Of a DNA stretch of 64,000 nucleotides, positions 24,138 through 36,170 are shown piece after piece (position 1 is the stretch's first letter; every line of letters begins with the position of its first letter). The stretch spans positions 22,196,001 to 22,260,000 of the forward strand of contig CM060733.1 in assembly GCA_030704615.1 (NCBI GenBank). Reading direction: 5' to 3'. Both the position numbers and the translations under genes were made by a program. The notes under the pieces were generated by a model that was not told where the DNA came from, did no database searches, and worked only from the letters and a program-made list of their open reading frames with translations. The stretch is from Takakia lepidozioides (Eukaryota > Plantae > Bryophyta).

Positions 24138-26829
24138 GTAATTGCCACCACACTCCACTACGATACCCGCCAAATACATCCAACTGAGCAAAACAAACCT
24201 CTACATCTACTGGCATAAACGAAGTTGATATGTTTGAAATTAGGTTCTCCTTTGTAGTTTTTATGTATGAAATAAAGTGAAGGAAACCAAAAACACAAAA
24301 AAAAAAAAAAAAAGATGTAAACTTTTAGCCTGGTTGTTTACCGGAGTGCAAGTTGTTTTCTGAAGTTCAAAGTTGAAACCATCCTTGTCGCAAGAATTGA
24401 TCGACATGTTCCAGGGTGCCTTTCGGGGCCTGGTCAACTGACAGCCATTCAATGGTATGTATACCCAGATTCAGACTAGTACTACAGTGAGTGGTATGTA
24501 TAACATTTTGCATTTGGCATTTACAGCACCACGCATGTTTGCAAAGCTCACCAAGGAATCATTGCATGGCGGGCTCAGAGGAGACGTTGCAACAATGCAC
24601 TTGTCGAGCATGTGGTGCACGTGTCTGTACACTTGCATTGTCCATACTGTGGTGGTAGAAACTAGACAAGTTTTTGACATGGCGAATGTGCCCAATTACT
24701 TACCTAGAAAGTATTCCCACTAAAAAAGCACGGAACAGCTACGACGTCCGCGTCCGTCAGCAACTGACCGATTGGAACCCACTGCCTGCCATCGCTTCCC
24801 TGCAAAGCTGTTATGGTATTCTAAACTTGTAAAGGAAATGTTCAATCATAGTGGGCCCTCACTCAACCTAGTTCATAAACAATCACTGTTTCTTATCCAC
24901 ATCAAAATCACATAATTTCAATCAGTGAGCGGTTCAATCAAAGTTGCAGACTCCCCATGTGTGTAGTAGGCATTAATCGATACCCCCGGATCGATCAGCT
25001 TTGGAATCATCTAGCATTGGGCTCATGATCCAATGTGAATTCATGCATGCCAAACGAAATGTGAACGAATTGCTGAATGGCACAAAAATGCCCAGATCGC
25101 ACAGCGTTTGAATGACGATGGGAAGTAAATGGGCGATGGGTGAATGCCGTGAAGGTGTGAATTGAAGTTCGGTGAAATGAAGCAAACTGAAATGAGGAAG
25201 AAGAGAGTTGAGGGTGGCGTGGAGGAACTGCGATGCACGATTTCCAAGCTTTGGCTGCAGCCGCGGTCGCCATGGCAGTGCATTATTAGGCCGGGCCGGG
25301 CCAGTGCGTATTGGGAAGCGCAGGGCGCGGATGGTGACGCCCGGGCTCATCGACGCCCGCCATCACACACACCCGACCGCCCCTCGTGCGATCGCCAGAC
25401 AAGTACCAAAAATAATGCACAAAAGTCCTTTTGAGCTCCTGTTTATTCCTTCCTGCCACCATGCTCACTTGTTTAGTATTGTTCAGTACTTGCTTCCTAC
25501 TTGGATGTGAGTCCAGCCCATAGGATTCTGACTCGCTTGCTGACCGCTCCAAAACAGACTCCGTGCTTTCAGACGTATCCTCAGTATGTGGGTTTGCTTA
25601 TTTCTGGAGTAAAGTTCCTGCAAGCCTTTTACTCCTCCAATCCAGGGAGTTTTCCAAGCAATAAATTACCTTCTGTGCAACACAGATTGGAGACTTATAA
25701 ATGATTGTTTGGAAGGGCTCAGAGGAAGATGATGATGTTGCCAGTACTGGTTGTGGCACTGGGATTGGATTTGTCTTAAAATTTCGTATTATGTAGGGCT
25801 ATCCTGCAGACTATCTGGCTACTGTGATCCGCTCAGTGTCTCATGGTTCTCCTCGTGGAAAATACAAACTGAATGTGTAAGTTGTAAGGCTCAATTCCTG
25901 TACACAACATGCAGTGGCTCTGCTAACAGTATGTGGCGGATATATTTCTGCCAAGTTGGGAGATTTGTTCTTGCCTGTATCTGGTAAACAATGGCTTGTT
26001 TCCTGTGACTGAAAGTCTGAGAATTGTGATTTGATCTCTAATGTTTATTCCTCGGGAATGAGGAGATAGTACCTGTAGTGATGTGTTCGTAGTGTGGCCG
26101 CGTGCGTGCAACACTTGATCGATGGTCTTCCTTTCTACTCTTTCTAGGTGGCATGTGATGGTACTAAATTTGGCATACAGGTATTCTTCATCTACCAAAG
26201 TGGATACAAGCTTGGAAATATTTATCAGCTCTTCCTTGGCGCATTTCAATTTGGGGACGATATATAGAATAGAATGCGGACAACTGAACCTCTTTGTGGG
26301 TTACAGCTAGAGGGTATTCCAAGTTTAACTGTAGTCTGCCCTCCCTAAATGTGTGCCCTAGGGAGGCCAAAAAAATACCTAATAGAGAGGGTTAACTTTT
26401 TCATAGGAAGAGAGATGCTCTAAGACCAGTTAACATTATCACAAGTAACAGAGGGCACGGCAATCTAGAGTACAAACTAATAATCTTCAAATTGATCGAT
26501 GAATAAGCATGGAAAGAAAGAAGCTTAAAAAAAACAACATCTAGCAGTTTTTTTTTTTTCTTCAGACAACGGGAAATAGAGACCCAGAAATGCATTGCAG
26601 GAGGTGGAAAAATAACCATCCTTGAGGTCGTGGAGGCTTACAAAGGGGAAACCACAAACCACCCTCTGGCCAAAGTAACAAGCAAAGTGTTCGAAAGAGA
26701 AAGAGGCAGCAAACAGGGTGTGAAGATAGACCGGTCCCGGATATCATGAAGAACAAAAAAGAGTTTTGAAAGAAGAAAGGGGCGCTAAACCAACAGTAAA
26801 AAAGTCCTGAGCTTCAGGAAAAGCAAGGA

Positions 26830-27880
26830 TTTATTTTTATTTATTTTTAATGAACAGGGAGTAGTGCCCTGGCAATTTACTGCAAAATTTGGGGAAAAAA
26901 ATAAAACCCCAATTGACACCATGAGGATCACACACCCTAGTCAATGAAGGGGGGAACTAGAGAAATGAAGCAGATAAGCCATAATCAGCCGCATGAGTCC
27001 TAAGCCTAGAACTTCAACTGAGTCTTGAGCTTGTGATCCTGTGTGCACTTGTGCCTCCAGTTGCAGTCGCCCTCCTCTCCTTCACCAGGGGACTTCCCAT
27101 TGTGTGGGGACGATGTCTTATGGAAGCGTATGTGGGAAAGATAGGTGCCGAGCAGGCCGCCCTTGCCCCAGGAGAGGTCGAAATCCTGATAAAGCTGCTT
27201 CCTACGTTGGTCCATAGCTTTGGCAAGAGTTGCACATAGGAAGACCCACGCTTTTCGCCCCTTAGTCATCAGATCATCATAGATGTTAAACAGCATTAAT
27301 CTGGTGCTAGGGGATTCCCCTCATAAATCCAAGAGCATCTAGAGTTCCAAACACTCCATAAAGTATGGGCTCTCAAGTACGCCCAAAACAAGGCATTTGA
27401 GCATGGGCCGGCCGGGTAGAATATTCAGGAAAGGAAAGATGGAGAGGGGGCGCTCGTGGGGAGAGAGCCGCAGTAAAAGTATAATTGAAAGACAAATGTC
27501 CAGATTCTACGTGTTCTAGGACATAGAATATACAGACTTGCTCAATTGTTTCATGCTCTCTAGAACATAGTGTGTAGGAAGGGTCAGCCTCGTCAGCGAC
27601 AATTTTGACCGAGAGAATTCTGTGAGCAATATTCCAAAAAAGGGCGGAAACTTTTTGCAGTTTATCATTTTTCCGTATGTCATTCCATATTTCACCTCAG
27701 GCATCGTGAAGGTGTAAACCGGCACCCCACTTTCCATTCCACTTTCTAGAAAATGGCTTTGGGGGGAGAGGAGAAGAGCTTAACCGAATATACAAAGAAG
27801 GGGGAGTGTCATAAGTCCATCCATGACCACTCTTCCAGGTCAAGCGTTGATGGGGACATCAACCTTGGATCGTGGGGGAG
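26830..27880 (-). mobile_element. LINE (L1-like) 3' fragment
   Basis: Degenerate zf-RVT-like region ('FFWNIAHRILSV..TLCSREHETIEQV', 'KAWVFLCATLAKAM') followed by a short hairpin and an A-rich tail on the minus strand. Confidence 0.55.
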
Positions 27881-28540
27881 GAAATGCATGCTTAGTCCGA
27901 CTTAGCTAGCTCAGGAATCCGATTGCAAAAACTTGTGTTGTACAAATTTTGTTTATAAATGAAATGGTTTCCAAAAAGTTGTGCTTCCTATTTTGTTTGG
28001 AATGGTGATGCATGGTATGGTTGGCTAAAGTGTAGAATGCATGCTAGCTTTCAAAAGTGGGGGAGGTAAATTGGATTAATCGTGTGTTTGCACGGTGCCG
28101 AAATCAGGTGACTCCCATCCAAGGGGCAATGAAACTTGCGCCTTCTTTGGGAATTCACGTGCTAGTGCGCACCTAGCACGTGCGCGTACTATAACTACGC
28201 TACCGAGGGGGTTGCCTTATAGTGCAGGCTAACGCGGAAGCTACCTGCTTCCGTTCACATACTATAATCATGTAGTTTCGGGACGAAGTCGTAATGCGTC
28301 ATCGGCGTGTTCCCGTACCTCAGACCAACATTCCAAGGCGGACCCAATTGTAGTGATTGGGGCGCACGGTTGGTTCAAGGTTATCTTCCTAGTAAAAAAA
28401 TGTTCAAAGTGAACCTTTGCTCAAGGTGATGCCAAGAAACGACATCATGAGCAGTCGCAAGCAATATTGTTGTAGTAAGGCGATTCGATCCTCGGGGAGG
28501 ATCGTTCCTTGCCCTTGAAGTGGGCCACGAAGAGTGCATT

Positions 28541-28764
28541 CACTACAACAAATAAGGGGGGTTTGTGACGTCAGTTGCGCTCCCACGCCCCGCGTGGCGC
28601 TAAGCCCGCGACGTCGAGCACGCGGCGTTTTTTTTCGAAGGGGGAAAGAGGGCCCTCGCTGCGACGGATTTTTTTCTTTGCGACGCCCCGACGTCACAAA
28701 AGCGTCACTGAGGGCGCCCCAACGCCTCTGCGACGTTAGGGCGTCGCAACAACATCACCATAAT

Positions 28765-28795
<31 letters not shown>

Positions 28796-29549
28796 GGCTT
28801 TGCGGCCCTCAACTTCACAAAAGTGTCGCTGGGGGCGCCCTGCGCTAGGACGGCCAATGCTGCGACGTCAGGGGGTCGCAATGTTGTTGTAGTCAGCTTA
28901 GGTTATCACAAGGACGTCGCTTGGGGTGTCTGGCGGTGGGGGGGGTGCAACAACAGCGACGACGCTGGGCACTAAGGTTGTGGAGGTTGCAACTCACAGG
29001 CGTCACAAGAGGGACCCCCTTAGAAAGAACTTGAAGAAAATTTTCATATGTATATATATATTTAGATTGCTTTTGTGATACATAGGTGTAGCGTAGGTGT
29101 GTTGGTTAGTCTGTAGTGTCTTAGAAATGTTATAACTTGGAGGTCTTAGGTTCAAGTATGTATTTGTATGATATATGTAGAACAATGAGCATATCGCCAT
29201 TAGATAGAACCGAAGTCAATGGTCAACAAGTTTTTGAAATTCAATTTTTTTTGGCCTAAATTCAAATGTACCCCCTTAAATTGTGACGTCCGGACATCGT
29301 ACTTTGCGAACCCCGGACGGTGCTAATTCTGCAATGTAGAATAGGTTTTTATTTATTTATTTTTTATTGGGACGCCAGGGTGTCGCAAATCGCGTCGGCG
29401 TCGCTAATCGCGGTTTCGTTTTTTTTGTGACGTTTTTTTGACGACGCCCGGGTGTCGCAAATTTGGTTCTCCCCCCTCCCCGAAAATGGTTGTTTTACGA
29501 CGTCGCAGCGTGGCCGCGGCGTCGAAAACCCCCCCATTTTCCTGTAGTG
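28541..29549. mobile_element. Non-autonomous CACTA (En/Spm) element
   Basis: Termini CACTACAACAAATAAGGGGGGTTT / AAAACCCCCCCATTTTCCTGTAGTG; 3-bp TSD ATT/ACT; numerous GCGACG/CGTCGC subterminal repeats. Confidence 0.85.
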
Positions 29550-29689
29550 ACTAGATGGAGCTTGAGAGACTCCACCCTTGGCCGGGACTTGGAGGATGTC
29601 GGCCGAACTAGTTAGTGGAGAGTAGAGTCAAGTGGGGGTTTGGTTTTTTGTCATGGGACGACATGGTACGGAAACAAACTCGTTGATGT

Positions 29690-30483
29690 GGGATGCCACA
29701 ACTTGGATGTTAGTTTCCACAAAAACGGACAAATCGATGAGGACATCGACTCCTCATTGGTAGGGGTGTGTGTCGCGGGCGGGGGGTCGGGACACAAGAA
29801 GGGCTGCCCGTGTGGTAGGGGCAGTGGCAGCAAATAGGAAAGGGGGCTGAAACACCCTTGAGTATCGAAGGCACTCAAAGAGGCGGTGGCACTCACTAGG
29901 TGGAGCCTTGCAAACCGGGTGGCGGTGGTGGGGCTCCACGAGGGGTGGTGGTAGTGTAGGGAGTCGTAGTGGGGGTGACATAGGACTCACCATAAGGCTG
30001 ATGCCTTTGTGGTGGGAGTCGTGGGGAGTCTCAAGAGGCTCATCACGGTCCATTGGGGCCGTTGTGGGTGGGCCAAGACTCACAGCGGCTCACCACAGGG
30101 ACGATCGAGGGTCTAAAGTGGTGGTGCACCAGATTTGGACGTGGCTACTTGTGGAACCCTCGCGGATACCTACAGAAGTATATATAGGGAGTAGTAACCC
30201 CGAGAACGGTGCAAGCCCGTTGGTGACCAAAAACTAGTGAGTAAGCGTGCGAGCCGAAAAGGACCAAGATGTGGGGAGCTATTCCGGACTGCCATCTACT
30301 AAAGGGAATTTTCACTGAGCCCAACAGGTCGAGGGTCGAGTGGGAGTGTGAGGGGGACCGTTATGCCCCGGTGAGCAGCCGAAGCTCCGAGTTGGCCCGG
30401 CGGCCAGTGTGGGAGTTAGGCGCGCGCATCAAAGCGAGTAACTATGACTCAAATGGGAGCTTACCGAAGTGAGGTGCGCAACA
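29690..30483 (-). mobile_element. LTR-like sequence, family B, copy 1
   Basis: Begins TGTTGCGCACCTC on the minus strand at 30483; reverse-complement homologue of 30935-31698. Confidence 0.65.
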
Positions 30484-30747
30484 CAAGGAATAAGGCAGAA
30501 AAATCTCACCGTAAAGAAAAAGCTTTAACCAAATGCCTCCTGGTTTGTCAATAGGAGCTACAATCTGGCATAGAGGGATCTCAAACTATGTTATTTTACA
30601 AAACGGCCAAAAGAAATTTAACATCATTTCTACTCTGTAAAAAACAACACTCCAGGATTAAAGCAGGAGTCAACGGCAGTAGTGACAGTTCCTTCGCCAT
30701 GAAGCCAACTATCAATAAGGACGTTCTGAAATACCCATATTCAGATC

Positions 30748-30934
30748 GAGGGGGGATGTTGTTACATCAGATTCATCTAGGGTATTGTAATTGACCCAGC
30801 GGTTAGTTTAGTTACATGCTAATGATGAAGCATGACCCCCCACTAGGACAAAAAGATGTACTGAAGTACTGGAGTTACAGAGCAGTAGTATTCATGGTGC
30901 ATACAACTTGAGATAGTGGGGAGGGGGAGCATAA
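30748..30934 (+). mobile_element. Polypurine tract plus first 178 bp of Copia LTR A
   Basis: GAGGGGGGA|TGTTGTTACATCAG.. is the reverse complement of 32346-32521. Confidence 0.75.
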
Positions 30935-31698
30935 TGTTGCGCACCTCATTTCGGTAAGCTTCCCTTTAAGTCATAGTTACTCGCTTCGATGCGCGCGCCT
31001 AACTCCCAAACTGGCCGTCGGGCCAACTCGTCGCTTCGGCAACTCACCGGGACATAACAGTCCCTCTTTGCTCTTCCACAAGACCCTCTCTCGATTTGGA
31101 CCTAGTGGAAATTCCCTTTGGTTGTTGGCAGTCCGGAACAGCTATCCACACCTTGGTCGCTTTCCGGCTCGCACGCTTACTCACTAGTTTTTGGACATCA
31201 ATGGGCTTGCACCGTTCTCGGGGTTATTCTTCCTTATATATACTTCTGTGACTGTCCGCGGGGGTTTTACAAACAACCCAGTCAGTTTATGGCGAACCAC
31301 CACGAAAACCCTCAATTCCCGGTGATGAGTCGCGGTGAGTCTTGGCCCACCTACCACGGCCCCATTGGACCGTGATGAGTCCCAAGACTCCCCACGACTC
31401 CTACCACAAGGTCGCCGCCCCCATGGTGAGTCCTATGCCATCCCCACTAAGTCCCATTAAGCTACCACCACCCCTTGTGGAACCACCCCCACCGCAACCC
31501 GGTGTGCAGGGCTCCACCTAGTGAGCGCCTCTGCCTCCTTGAGTGCCTTGGGCACTCACGGGTGCTTCGGCCCCCGTTCCTATCGTTGCCACTACCCCCA
31601 CCACAGGGGCAGCCCCTCTTGTGTCCCGACCCCCCGCCCTTAAGGCAAAGGGCCGCGACACACACCCCTACCAACAGGGAGTCGATGTCCTCATCGAA
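30935..31698 (+). mobile_element. LTR-like sequence, family B, copy 2 (truncated)
   Basis: Starts TGTTGCGCACCTC and interrupts LTR A; inverted relative to copy 1. Confidence 0.65.
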
Positions 31699-32521
31699 CA
31701 ACACGAACTCACAACGTCTGCTGCTCAAGAGGAGGATGGTCAATCTGAAGTTCGAAGAAGACACTGGATCCATGACCGAGTTCCTCACGAAGTTGAAGGA
31801 GCTATTGAACGAGCTAGCTACATGCATTGGAGAAATTGTAACATCTCTTTCAAGATTGCCCAACAGTGGTGAGGTTTGGTGATATTGGCCAGATGTGGGA
31901 TTATATTGTCTTTCACAAACAAAGCAATCATCGTTAGTGCCTTCTGTCTACGCACTTTGAAAGCAACCATCTCTTCGTCTGTGGCTGGGTTCAACGTTCT
32001 TCGTGTAGGCTCCACCACCTCCCAGAGATCTTCACATGTAAGTATGTTCTTGAGCTTGAAGCTCCAGACACTGTAGTTCTGGGCTCCTTCTAGCTTGGAA
32101 GCATCGCCAACTGAAAACTCTCTGAAACTCATGGTGGTTTGAGATTGTGGAGCTAAGCTTGACACAGATAGTCTACTTCTACTGTTCCCCTGCAGCTAAG
32201 TCTGACACAGTTTCCTCTAGAAACGAACTTCGCTACACTGATCACTCGGCTCTGATACCATATAGAGATAGGAACAGAAGCAGATTCTTTCATTCACGTA
32301 ACTCCCCAATATATACAGTGGCCCCACAACTTTGCTTTGTCTGTTTATGCTCCCCCCCCACTATCTAAAGTTGTATGCACCATGAATACTACTGCTCTGT
32401 AACTCCAGTACTTCAGTACATCTCTTTGTCCTAGTGGGGGGGTCATGCTTCATCATTAGCATATAACTAAACTAACCGGTGGGTCAATTACAATACCCTA
32501 GATGAATCTGATGTAACAACA
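31695..32521 (-). mobile_element. Ty1/copia 5' end: LTR (32521-32261), tRNA-Met PBS and gag, with the distal gag segment inverted
   Basis: PBS TGGTATCAGAGC on the minus strand at 32260-32249. Gag 'KLEGAQNYSVWSFKLKNILTCEDLWEVV..WAILKEM' is on minus; its continuation 'TNSQRLLLKRRMVNLKFEEDTGSMTEFLTKLKELLNELATCIGEIV' is on plus at 31695-31840. Confidence 0.85.
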
Positions 32522-32924
32522 AAGCTTTTGTCCAGAATAGTGGGGGTAATGTGCCGCAATTCATAAGTGTACTCCGAGGAAGGCTCGCAGCTGACAAAAG
32601 GTGGCGCAGCAGCATGCATGCATAATTCTATGAGCATTTAACAGCTCAATCAAGGAGATTAGATCTAAAAAGAAGATGGCAGCACAAGACTCCGGAGGGA
32701 GAGTCATGGTGGATGAACAGAAGAGGTGAGGGGACTAGACCAGAGGGGACCATGGAGGGCTGAGAAATTCTAAGTCCTGCCGAGCCTCTCACCGCAAATA
32801 GCGGAGCTCCCCTAGCAAATTCTACATTGTGAGCTTGATTAAGGTAACTTGGGATAGGGTTTGTGTGGATCCAAAAATCAAGTATCTAGTATGTACCTCT
32901 CTGTACTTGTTCCAGTAGTGGCAG

Positions 32925-33325
32925 GGTGTTTGAAGTTTGTACCTTGTGGGTGAATCTCCTGGAGTGTCTTCAACCGCATTGAGCAAAAGGCTATGTAAAA
33001 TCCAACTTCAACGTTATCCTCTATAGTGTATGGACTAGAGTGGGTGCAGGACCAACAACTCCAACACTCAGAACTTTAGAAAAACTAGACTATTTTACTA
33101 TAAAATTGATGGTTTGCAAGCTGCAAGTCTTGGTGAGGTTTTAAGTTTCTCTTGTACCTTGTGGGTGACCCTGGAGTGTCTTGAACAATAGGATCTGTAA
33201 ACCCGTTGGACGTCAAACGAACTTTAACTTTATCCTGTAAAGCTAGTTTATGGGGCTACACATGGTAACAACTCCAACACTCATAGTTAAGAGCAAGTTG
33301 GCAAGTCTTTGTGAGGTTTTTAATT
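32925..33325. repeat. Diverged ~200-bp tandem duplication
   Basis: ACCTTGTGGGTGA..CCTGGAGTGTCTT, ACAACTCCAACACTCA and CAAGTCTT.GTGAGGTTTT each occur twice, about 180-215 bp apart. Confidence 0.6.
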
Positions 33326-34588
33326 GTTGTTAACACTTGTAAAGGTTTATTCACGTGTTTTTGTTTTTTTCCTAAGAGGGGACCGAACACTGAACATGTT
33401 AACTGTATTTTTGTTGGTTGTTAACACTTATGGTACTTGTCAAGTTGTCAACACGTATCCGGGAGAGCTCGAAAAATATGGTCATTGGTGTCACAGGGAA
33501 GAGGGAGGCGTCAAGAAAGGAGCTCACTTATGGGTCTGCGTGTACGTTGCTGTGGCCTTTACAGATATAAATATCGTCATAAAGCTAATCATTTTCAGAC
33601 ACTTGACAACATTGTGACAACTTTCAGGAACAGTAAGTAGATAGTTTTTATTAATGGGCCAGGGATTGAAGACGATTATGATGCTACCACTCCTTCATTT
33701 GCCTCTATATTTACTCCCTACGTCTGACCCAACGCGTTTTGTTAACCACGGTTACGGTCTGCAGTCTAATCCAGGCTCGGAAAGTGGGACCCTGCGATGA
33801 AACATTTCTAGATTCAGGTGCGGCGTTCCATCTTAGCCACGGTATTAGGCCCGGTTGGGTTGTACCCCTTCCACTTGCAGGCCTGGGAGAGCCCTAACTG
33901 AGGCACGTTACGGAGCGGTGGGCGGTATGACGCCAAACATTTGGATTCTGGGGAGCAGAGCGGCGCGCTCGCACCTCAGCGCAGGCGCAGGGAATCTGCG
34001 CAGGTGACGGCGCCATCGCCGTGATGCCACATCGCTTGCTTCGACCCGGGGCCGTTTTTCCCGGCCCGCGGCCTGGGCGCCCGGGTCGGCCTGGCCGCCG
34101 GGCCTCGGGGCCGCGAGACCGGCCGGGTGGGCCCATTCGCTGAGGGACGCCGTCCGCTCGTCCGCTCCTCGCCGTCGGTCCGTGGACCGTGACAGACCGC
34201 AGAGCTATTTCCCTTACAGGTGTCCTCTCTTTGACAGATCGCAACATGGCGAGCTGCACATGCATAAATTATTGGCTCGAAAATTCAGCTCTTAGCTGTG
34301 CCACATGGGTAGCCATGAGCAAGTGTGAACAGCAGATTTTCACACCTGCAGATACATAGCATAGGTATTAGTTATGTCCTGCAAGTGTGAATGAAACATA
34401 TTTTGATTTTGTTTGTTTGCGGGGAAAGGGCTTGATTTGGGATTATGAGGATTGTTCTTGGCTTACTCAGAGGTTTGATGCTGTGGAACGAGTTTGGTGA
34501 TTTCTACAAGGAGTAGGTACTGAAGGGATTTCCATATCGACAAGGTCCACGCCAGTCTAGTCTTGAGGTACTGAAGGTATCAAGGGTA

Positions 34589-35079
34589 CCGTCCCTTATC
34601 AACCGTTTAGGCATTTTTGCGCCTAATAATTATTAAAAACCAAACAGACTACTTAGGCGCGTTTCTCAAACCATTTCTCGCATTAGGTGTCCTCATGCTA
34701 CAAGTTTTTGAATTAGGCAAATCTCCTCCAAGCTAGCAGGCTCCAGCTACCCTTCATTTCCGTGCAAACCCTAAATATGCACCTCTTTGTTGTACGCGGT
34801 GCTCCATGGCTCAAGCTGGTATAGTGCTCACTTAGTCACTAGCGTGGGATTTGTAGGAAGTTATCTCCGCACACATATATTTGTATTGATTTTTGTTCAA
34901 TGAAATTTTCATCTTATTACAAACAACATGAGAAGAGGCTTGAAAGTTTTTTGCTGGAATTTTTAGGCATTTTGGTCCCATAATTTCCATGCAATTAGGC
35001 CAAATTTTGAAAAATTCCCAAAACGCGTTAGGCACTTTCAATTTGAATTAATTATTGCCTAAAGGGTTGATAGGGACGG
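34589..35079. mobile_element. Tc1/mariner-type MITE (491 bp)
   Basis: TIR CCGTCCCTTATCAACCGTTTAGGCA / TGCCTAAAGGGTTGATAGGGACGG; TA TSD at 34587-34588 and 35080-35081. Confidence 0.85.
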
Positions 35080-36170
35080 TAGTGTCTAGGAGAGTCCAGT
35101 GTCCCCAGAGTCATGGACTTTATCCATGGGGATAACAAAACTTGGCAGTATTCGGAACTTGATGGATGGCTAGTTACTTAGATGGCGGCAAGGGGATCAT
35201 GATAGTTGAGGAGATAGTGGGCGGAGTGTCAATTTATGTTGCCGTGTTTTTTTGATTAATACACCGCGCTTCTGACTGCTAGTCGTAGATTGCCAGGCTG
35301 GGGCATTGGCACCATCAAATATTTGCATGAAGTCGAGCAGCCAAAGGACATTCTGGCAGGGTCGAAAACCCACCAATTTTCTCGGCTGCATGGAGAGGGT
35401 GGCTTCCTTTGCTCAATCCCCATGGCTGCTTGGTGAAGGGACAGCGATGGCCAGATTGGCAAGGAGATGGGCGCTTCAGAGCGCCTAATCCCCCGCTATC
35501 TTTAGTGAGGATGCCAGAGCACACTCCACTAAATTCACTAGAGGTGTTTTGCATACATATAACATTCTTTTGTCAGTTTGTTTCCGTCACGTGAAGGAGC
35601 TTTCTTTAGCATGTGTGAAGCATCACGTTGCATCAATTCCAAGCTAGTAAATCTTCTGACGGCACAGCTCAGGAATGTCGCAAGAATCTGACGCAATAGT
35701 GAAGGCATGGCTTCAAGATCATGTAAGCAGGGGGGATGATCCCACTCTTATGATACACCGAACAGCCTGCAAGTTTTTGAAAAGTAACCTCTCACAAGTT
35801 TCTGTACGTCTGTCTGTCATCACTGTGGAGGATCACATCGGCACTGAACAATCTGCATTGATGATGTGCACAACTTGCTGGCTTCTAGGTGTGCTAAATA
35901 CAAAAAAAGCAAATGCAGTGTGAGAGTTTTGGGCGATTTCCTTGCTGCTACTCCCAGAAAAAGCAAAGATATCTCGTTTTTGGACAATTTAGGGACGTTA
36001 ATCTCCAGGCCACTCACAGCCAATTACGAAGAGGGAATGTCGTTACCTGCCGCCAGCCTTTGGCAACCCTTTTGCTACGCCACCCAATTGCACTGGAGGA
36101 TCAGTGTCTGCTTATATCTGGCACCCCTTCATTCCTCTATGTTGCTCAATTCAATGTCAAGCTTCCATCA

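Noticed and set aside
26073-26300. Minus-strand peptide 'LYAKFSTITCHLERVERKT' reminiscent of the PARP regulatory-catalytic junction
   Set aside because: Short similarity that needs a frameshift; no PARP catalytic motifs (HGS, GIYF) in the following sequence.
33750-34270. GC-rich 123-aa ORF (33894-34265, minus)
   Set aside because: Arg/Pro/Gly composition expected from GC-rich non-coding DNA; no domain recognised.
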